Of a DNA stretch of 13,453 nucleotides, positions 7,859-13,453 are shown one piece after another. A model generated the notes under the pieces. The model was not told the DNA's origin and did not search any database. It was given only the letters and a program-made list of their open reading frames with translations. How positions within the stretch are numbered: the first letter of the stretch is position 1; each line of letters begins with the position of its first letter. Source of the stretch: a virus (taxonomy: Duplodnaviria; Heunggongvirae; Uroviricota; Caudoviricetes); IMG/VR virus record IMGVR_UViG_2651869691_000006, positions 1 to 13,453 of that record; one strand, 5' to 3'. The translations under genes and the position numbers were made by a program.

Positions 7859-8827
7859 CTAGAATGATGCACAATCTTTAAGCTCTTTTTCTAGTTGTTC
7901 AACCAAGTCACAGCATTTTTTGATAACATCTTTAACTGACTCTGAATCTAACTTATGAAAATTACCATTTTTTGTTTTACCTGCTCGATGAACTAAGTCA
8001 TGCCTAATTAACACGCTTTTATAAACTTCTGTGAAAACAGGGAATTTAATACCAAAGGTATCTCGATACATGCCACTTACTTTTGGCAGATTATGATAAA
8101 GAACACTCTTCATAGACTCTATCGCTTGAGACTCTATTTGTTCATGCCTTATAAATAATTCAGAAAGTAAGAATTTTTCTGTATTGTAATCTTTGAAGGT
8201 TTCAACAAAATTTCTCAAATTAGTTTGGCTACCATGAATTAGGGAAATAAATCTGTCACATAAATATGTTTCCAAGGAAGTTATTGTATTGGCATATAGC
8301 ATATACGACATTTGTATTTGTAAAGTGCTATCAATTTTTAACTGAGCATCATTTAGTTTTATGGCGTTCTGCATACTATTTTGGAATGTCATATAGACAT
8401 CTCGTTCAGATAGCGTTCGATCATCAGAGTACTGCATATCAATAACATCTAGAATGCGCTGTTCAATTAATGAAGGTCTATTCAACTGTAATATATCTAT
8501 AGTCGCATGTCCTCGCTCAGTTAAACCTTCTAAATATCCATTTTTATTTTGTTTTATATGTTCTGAAAAACTTTCATTTAAAGGATTTAGAAGTAATGGT
8601 TTGCCATTTTCATCGAGAGGAAACTGATCTTTTTTAATCATGCTACATGCCTTACAAGCGATGAGCAGGTTGTCTGTAGCATCTTGGAAGTCAGTATACT
8701 TTGATTTTGGGAAAAAACGATCAACATCCGCCATCAATGGTTCATAAAGTTTAGTGCCACAGTAAGCACATTGATGCTTAAACTTCTCCCATAGTTCAAG
8801 TTTAAACGTTTTATAATTCTTATTCAT
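7859..8827 (-). CDS. Hypothetical protein, 322 aa, AT-rich cargo gene: N-terminal HNH-like zinc-ribbon domain with non-canonical catalytic positions plus C-terminal domain with an R-x4-H motif (candidate nuclease/defence protein)
   Basis: N-terminus has C20-x2-C23 ... D36-R37-FFPKS ... N53-LLIA-C58-x2-C61, the spacing of an HNH motif but with Arg where the DH histidine normally sits; C-terminus contains IRHDLVHRAG (R275-x4-H280); region appears AT-rich by inspection. Confidence 0.7.
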   Translation of the reverse strand: MNKNYKTFKLELWEKFKHQCAYCGTKLYEPLMADVDRFFPKSKYTDFQDATDNLLIACKACSMIKKDQFPLDENGKPLLLNPLNESFSEHIKQNKNGYLEGLTERGHATIDILQLNRPSLIEQRILDVIDMQYSDDRTLSERDVYMTFQNSMQNAIKLNDAQLKIDSTLQIQMSYMLYANTITSLETYLCDRFISLIHGSQTNLRNFVETFKDYNTEKFLLSELFIRHEQIESQAIESMKSVLYHNLPKVSGMYRDTFGIKFPVFTEVYKSVLIRHDLVHRAGKTKNGNFHKLDSESVKDVIKKCCDLVEQLEKELKDCASF

Positions 8828-9271
8828 TGAATAGTTCCTTTATATTCTTGACTTGATTGTTTGTTTGCCAATTTAAGCCAAAGACACACGACTTTAATTG
8901 GGCTTGAATCATAGTTATATGTAATCTATTAAGCAAACACTTTTCATTAATAGCATGAGATAACGCTCAATTCTTTATTTTCCGGGAGTGTGTAACTTCA
9001 TATCCACCTCTCACTCACAGCGTACGTTATTGGCGAAAAATTTAGTTAAGCCATTGATAGTTTGTGAAAACACGCATGATTTAAAATCCCTTTGCCGTGA
9101 AGGGGCTGATAGGTACAGGCACTTGTTTTTGCCCTCTAAAACGGTTATCAAAACCAAAAAACATACATTGATAATCAATAGGTTAGGGGAAAGATAAAAG
9201 CCAGTTGATTTACAATAAAATTATAGGATTATTTTTATTTATCATGCGGTTGTATATGAACCATCTAACTA

Positions 9272-9436
9272 CTGCTGCGCCATATGGGCTGGACTGAAGC
9301 CGCAGACCTGATTGTTAAAGGTATGGAAGGCGCAATCAACGCCAAGACCGTAACCTATGACTTCGAGCGTCTGATGGAAGGCGCTAATCTGCTGAAATGT
9401 TCAGAGTTTGGTGACGCGATCATCAAGAACATGTAA
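9272..9436 (+). pseudogene. icdC: icd 3'-terminal fragment (icdC): displaced original 3' end of isocitrate dehydrogenase, marking prophage attR
   Basis: Translates in frame to [54 protein letters not shown], the C-terminus of Icd; no upstream icd sequence (in-frame TAA at 9266-9268). Confidence 0.85.
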
Positions 9437-9460
9437 TCTCTACATGTGTTAAATATTGAA

Positions 9461-9488
9461 ACGGGCGTATAACACGCCCGTTGTTTTT
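9461..9488 (+). terminator. Rho-independent terminator of icd
   Basis: ACGGGCGT-ataac-ACGCCCGT hairpin followed by TGTTTTT. Confidence 0.75.
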
Positions 9489-9697
9489 ATAAATATGTTA
9501 ACCGTTATAAAATAACGTATCAAAAGTCAAGTGAACACATTTCAAATATCAATTTGATCGTATTGGTCTGGTGATTATTTATGGGGAGCAATAAAAAGAC
9601 AGTATTAATCATCCATAGGGATGGTCTCTGCACTTTTATTTCCATTATGCTAATGCCTTACTGAATTATGAAGCATTTCTTAAGCTCCCAACTTTAG

Positions 9698-10102
9698 CTA
9701 GATTAATGGTTTATTATTTTCTACATCTTCAATATATAAAAGCGTATTATCAATGGCGTAGTAACTGCGTTTGTTATGATTAACATCAGTAACCCACCGG
9801 AAAACGCCTGCGCCTGCCAGTGTTGAACAGTATTCCCGAAATGTAGATTTTCCGCGAATATGAAGCAATGCGGCCTCTTTTATTTTAGCTGGGTTCTTGG
9901 TCGTACTAACTTTTAACAGGTTCCTGGTTCCTCTTAATAACAAAACCGTGTCATCGTGAGTAATAATTCTGATGTTATCCGTAGCCAGATAATAAATGTA
10001 ATGTGCAATACGGTGATGTTTTAATTCTGAATAAAACCAGGAGAAGTTTTGCTCTTTTCTCACTTGCTCAAACATCTTTTGAAAAACAACGACCTGATCC
10101 AT
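9698..10102 (-). CDS. ycgX: DUF1398-family protein YcgX
   Basis: 134-aa ORF with the GVFRWVT motif; same size and position (between icdC and bluR) as K-12 ycgX. Confidence 0.8.
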   Translation of the reverse strand: MDQVVVFQKMFEQVRKEQNFSWFYSELKHHRIAHYIYYLATDNIRIITHDDTVLLLRGTRNLLKVSTTKNPAKIKEAALLHIRGKSTFREYCSTLAGAGVFRWVTDVNHNKRSYYAIDNTLLYIEDVENNKPLI

Positions 10103-10322
10103 CAGGATAATAACCTCTTGTTAGGTGTGAGACTGCGTAGTGTGCACGATCGGTTTTACCACTTCAATCTGGTCTGTCCTTTGGCTGTGATATGTACAAA
10201 GTGTGAAAGGGGGATTACCTGAATTCTCCCGGTGAGCATTTTGCAACGGACCAGCTCCGCTACAAACGCTGTTGTGGGTTCAGATTATAACATTCTGTCT
10301 AAGGGGCGGGATAAAGGTGAAT

Positions 10323-11054
10323 TTAGGGGGCATGAAAGATGACTTTATAACCTTGCTCACCCCAGTGTTGTAAAAGTTCGTTTTGCCTTCTCGTTGGTGC
10401 CATGCCTGTCCAGACAATCAATGTTTGCGTTGGGAACAGTTCCGGGCGCGGCGATTCAATGGGATCAGCAAGAACAGAAATGTGCCATCCTGACAATGAT
10501 AAACGCCATGCTTCCAGCCACAATCGTGCTCTCTCTTCAACATTCCACGCCATCAGAATGGCCTCTTTACCGGGCTTACGGCGCATTTCGAAAAGTGAGG
10601 CCGCTGCGTATTCAATTAATGTGCCGTCAAACATACTGCTCATAATGCGGGAGGTGTTGTGATCAAGCACGAGACGCTGGCGAACAGGAAGGTAAACATG
10701 ATTAATCAATTGATCTACTGGGTACTCTCGACCCAGTGAAATAATTCGCGCGCGTAGTTTGGCTGGATTAGCCATACGAAGAATTGACATCATCTCTTCT
10801 TGCAGGCGGCTCCAGTCATCTTGCGTATCCTGGCTGGTAGTTTCCAGTAATGCTTTCACTTTGCCTACAGGAACGCCATTACTTATCCAACGCTTGATCT
10901 CTTCGATGCGTTGTATGTCTTCTTCATCAAAGAGTCGGTGTCCGCCTTCACTGCGCTGTGGTTTTAACAAACCGTAGCGGCGTTGCCAGGCCCGGAGAGT
11001 GACAGGATTAATCCCGCAACGTTCAGCAACATCACCAATGCTGTAATAAGCCAC
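10323..11054 (-). CDS. bluR: MerR-family transcriptional repressor BluR (YcgE)
   Basis: 243-aa ORF; N-terminal MerR helix-turn-helix ([42 protein letters not shown]); synteny with bluF and ycgZ. Confidence 0.85.
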   Translation of the reverse strand: MAYYSIGDVAERCGINPVTLRAWQRRYGLLKPQRSEGGHRLFDEEDIQRIEEIKRWISNGVPVGKVKALLETTSQDTQDDWSRLQEEMMSILRMANPAKLRARIISLGREYPVDQLINHVYLPVRQRLVLDHNTSRIMSSMFDGTLIEYAAASLFEMRRKPGKEAILMAWNVEERARLWLEAWRLSLSGWHISVLADPIESPRPELFPTQTLIVWTGMAPTRRQNELLQHWGEQGYKVIFHAP

Positions 11055-11103
11055 AATTCCTCCTTGCGGTCATAAATCTCCGTCGCCTCTACACGACCCA
11101 ATA

Positions 11104-11141
11104 ATACTTTGTACAATATACGCTGAAATTGTACAAAGTAT
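11104..11141. promoter_or_regulatory. Perfect 14-bp inverted repeat with 10-bp spacer between bluF and bluR (candidate operator or RNA hairpin)
   Basis: ATACTTTGTACAAT-atacgctgaa-ATTGTACAAAGTAT; each arm contains the self-complementary octamer TTGTACAA; lies 50-87 bp upstream of the bluR start. Confidence 0.35.
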
Positions 11142-11258
11142 AAATAAGATTTCAGCTAAATTGGATGAAACATTATTTTTAATGTGGATTAAATTAAAAC
11201 ATAACGCATTCATTTTCGCGATGATTTCCAGAAATCATGCGAAATAATGTGCTGAAAA

Positions 11259-12470
11259 TTATTTTTTCTCCGGCCACGCAACTGAAGGGATACCATTCAA
11301 TTTAGCTTTGGAAAACAGATCTCCCTGAAACATCTCAATTCCTGCAGATTCAAGCCACATCCACTCTTCTGGTGTTGCCACGCCCATAGCAGAGACTTGA
11401 ATTTCAAGTGATGTACAGCATTTCATGATCGCCTGAATAATTGCCTGCCGTGGTCCGCTTTTATGAACATTGGTAATCAATTCCTGACTGATTTTAATTC
11501 TGTCAGGCTGGAAGCGTGACAGGAGTAACAAACCAGCAAAACCTGCGCCAAAATGATCAATTGCTACACTGATACCGGCAGCCTTTAGCGATTTAACCGC
11601 TTCGGCAAACTCATCAAACCGAGATATGACTTCACTTTCAGTAAATTCAACGATGATTTGTTCAGGCACCAGAGCATTGGCCTTTATTTCATCAAGTAAA
11701 AAAGAGACTGCGTCAGGCTCGTTAACCAGGGTCATAGGTAATAGATTGATTGAAATCATTTTATCACCGAGCTTAAGTGCGTGTGCCATCGCAAATGCAA
11801 GCGCCTTACTTTTGAGATCCGCTGTGTAGATTTCCTCGTCTTTACGCTGCCCAACCGCTATAGCTGACGGGCTGTCTTCATTTTTTTGCACAATGGCTTC
11901 AAAAGCGATTATCCGCCGCGATAAAGGGTCGACAATAGGATGAAAGGCAAAGTGGTCGTTTATATTTGATGAAAGGGTACAAGAATCAAGTTCTTTATCA
12001 GATCCGTCAGCGATAAAAAGCCAGGAGTCTTCAGCAGGAATCTCGAAATAGGTTGATTGTTCAGTTGCAAGGACAAAAGTACGAAAAAATTGTAGCGCTC
12101 TGTCATCATAAGTTAGCTGAAATTTTGATGTGCCTTTGTCGAATACGGCCTGTAAAACGTCATCTCGCTCGTGCAGGCGTAAATCAAATAATTCCATTCC
12201 TGCTTTGCCAAAACGGCGAGCAGGCGCGTAATCGCACAACAGTTCAACAATATTATAGTGCCGTGGATCCTGGCATATGGCCCGATATATCATTTGAACC
12301 TGTTCTTCCGGACCTTCCAGAAGCTGGAAAAAATGAGAACCATTAAACAGTAAGATCCCTGTTACGTCAGACCGCATGTTCCTGCGATTTGCTATCGAAA
12401 CCATTTCTTCGATTTTTTTGACAGGTTCGTCGTCACGTATATGGCTACGATAAATAAGGGTGGTAAGCAT
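11259..12470 (-). CDS. bluF: Blue-light sensor BluF (YcgF), BLUF-EAL protein
   Basis: Start chosen at the internal ATG giving MLTTLIYRSHIRDDEP... (403 aa) rather than the TTG at 12548 used by the ORF track; N-terminal BLUF domain, C-terminal EAL-like domain; divergent from ycgZ. Confidence 0.85.
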   Translation of the reverse strand: MLTTLIYRSHIRDDEPVKKIEEMVSIANRRNMRSDVTGILLFNGSHFFQLLEGPEEQVQMIYRAICQDPRHYNIVELLCDYAPARRFGKAGMELFDLRLHERDDVLQAVFDKGTSKFQLTYDDRALQFFRTFVLATEQSTYFEIPAEDSWLFIADGSDKELDSCTLSSNINDHFAFHPIVDPLSRRIIAFEAIVQKNEDSPSAIAVGQRKDEEIYTADLKSKALAFAMAHALKLGDKMISINLLPMTLVNEPDAVSFLLDEIKANALVPEQIIVEFTESEVISRFDEFAEAVKSLKAAGISVAIDHFGAGFAGLLLLSRFQPDRIKISQELITNVHKSGPRQAIIQAIMKCCTSLEIQVSAMGVATPEEWMWLESAGIEMFQGDLFSKAKLNGIPSVAWPEKK

Positions 12471-12548
12471 TAACAATCCAGGGTAATAGGCGAGGCGAGA
12501 GTAAGACGGTAACAGACATATCTTCTTGTGTCTTTCTTTTAATACCAA

Positions 12549-12783
12549 AACATAACCGTTTCTTTACATTGATAAAAAGTGGAAAAGGTTGAAGACGGTT
12601 TGGCGAAAAAACTTGTATAGGTTGTCATTTAAATGATGCAATATGTTTTATCATAATGCATTGTTTTATATGAATTAGCACTAATTGAGAAAAATTAATT
12701 TATCATTCTGTACACATATTTCGTACAAGTTTGCTATTGTTACCTCACTTAACATTGATTAACATTTTTAACAGAGGCGTAGC
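12549..12783. promoter_or_regulatory. Divergent bluF / ycgZ-ymgA promoter region (expected BluR-controlled ycgZ promoter)
   Basis: 235-bp AT-rich intergenic region between divergently oriented bluF and ycgZ; regulatory role inferred from established knowledge of the BluR/BluF-ycgZ-ymgA-ariR circuit, with no specific operator identified here. Confidence 0.5.
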
Positions 12784-13020
12784 ATGCATCAAAATTCAGT
12801 GACTTCAGATTCTGCAGGAGCAATCACTCGTTACTTTGCAAAAGCTAAGTTGCCTACTCAGCAGGAAACTCTCGGGGAAATTGTGACTGAGATTTTGAAA
12901 GATGGACGTAATCTGAGTCGAAAGTCGCTTTGTGCCAAACTTCTTTGCCGACTGGAACAAGCGACAGGGGAAGAGGAACAGAAACATTATAATGCACTAA
13001 TTGGGTTGCTTTTTGAATAA
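12784..13020 (+). CDS. ycgZ: Small regulatory protein YcgZ (biofilm/acid-resistance connector)
   Basis: 78-aa ORF MHQNSVTSDSAGAITRYFAKAKL...; size and synteny. Confidence 0.85.
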   Translation: MHQNSVTSDSAGAITRYFAKAKLPTQQETLGEIVTEILKDGRNLSRKSLCAKLLCRLEQATGEEEQKHYNALIGLLFE

Positions 13021-13062
13021 TGCAACAGCCTGATTATTTAACAGGTTAGCTATGAAGTCGTT

Positions 13063-13335
13063 ATGAAGACATCTGATAATGAAAGTATAAAATATGAAAT
13101 TACTGGCCAGGCGGTGCTCCAGATACTGCGCATGAAGATAAATTTTTCGTTGCAGACTCTTATTAAGCAATTACTCGTAATGAAATCGGCTGAGGAAAAT
13201 ACTTTCCGACGAGATTTAATTGACAGCATAATTCGTGATTTTAGCAACAGTGATACAGGAGGGCCAAACCGAAGAACAGCGATAGCTGACAATAAAAGTA
13301 TGTTCACTGGTAAGAAAATAAACAGAATACATTAA
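13063..13335 (+). CDS. ymgA: Small regulatory protein YmgA
   Basis: 90-aa ORF MKTSDNESIKYEITGQAVLQILRMKINF...; follows ycgZ by 42 bp. Confidence 0.85.
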   Translation: MKTSDNESIKYEITGQAVLQILRMKINFSLQTLIKQLLVMKSAEENTFRRDLIDSIIRDFSNSDTGGPNRRTAIADNKSMFTGKKINRIH

Positions 13336-13406
13336 AATTTCATAAGTAAGATGAGAGGGTAATGACTCCAACTTATTGATAGTGTTTTATGTTCAGATAA
13401 TGCCCG

Positions 13407-13453
13407 ATGACCTTGTCATGCAGCTCCACCGATTTTGAGAACGACAGTGACTT
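13407..13453 (+). CDS. Possible 5' end of the next operon gene (position expected for ariR/ymgB), truncated by window end
   Basis: Only frame open to the window end after the stop at 13398-13400; ATG at 13407 (MTLSCSSTDFENDSD...); weak Shine-Dalgarno; not verified. Confidence 0.2.
   Translation, partial: MTLSCSSTDFENDSD

Noticed and set aside
8988-9197. 69-aa plus-strand ORF between the 322-aa gene and icdC
   Set aside because: GTG start, no Shine-Dalgarno, low-complexity AT-rich region; more likely the promoter/leader region of the divergent 322-aa gene.
10394-10977. 72-86-aa plus-strand ORFs inside bluR
   Set aside because: Antisense to the well-supported bluR frame.
11259-12548. Extended 429-aa BluF start at the TTG at 12548
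   Set aside because: The internal ATG at 12470 gives the characteristic BLUF N-terminus (MLTTLIYRS...) and the expected 403-aa length.
13050-13307. 85-aa minus-strand ORF antisense to ymgA
   Set aside because: Overlaps ymgA almost entirely; hydrophobic off-frame artefact.

Overview
This window looks like an Escherichia coli-type chromosomal segment covering the right arm of an e14-like cryptic prophage integrated at icd, plus the adjacent core genes. All family assignments are from reading the sequence and recalled synteny; no searches were run. (1) 1-5310: a Mu/P2-like baseplate and tail-fibre module (hub fragment, gp45-, gp46-, gp47/J- and gp48/YmfQ-like genes, StfP tail fibre, TfaP) containing a ~1.75 kb Pin/Hin/Gin-type invertible tail-fibre segment (tfaE and stfE on the minus strand) bounded by a 17-bp inverted repeat. 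No invertase gene follows it. (2) 5310-9270: low-GC cargo occupying the slot that holds pinE-mcrA in K-12 e14. It contains an SRAP/YedK-like gene and two AT-rich hypothetical genes (271 aa and 322 aa), each followed by a ~120-bp direct repeat made of a tRNA-Pro 3' fragment plus an intrinsic terminator. These two genes are the best candidates for an undescribed function, possibly phage defence. (3) 9272-9436: the displaced icd 3' fragment (icdC, prophage attR) with the icd terminator. (4) 9698-13335: core genes ycgX, bluR, bluF (minus strand) and ycgZ, ymgA (plus strand); iraM, which sits between icdC and ycgX in K-12, is absent.
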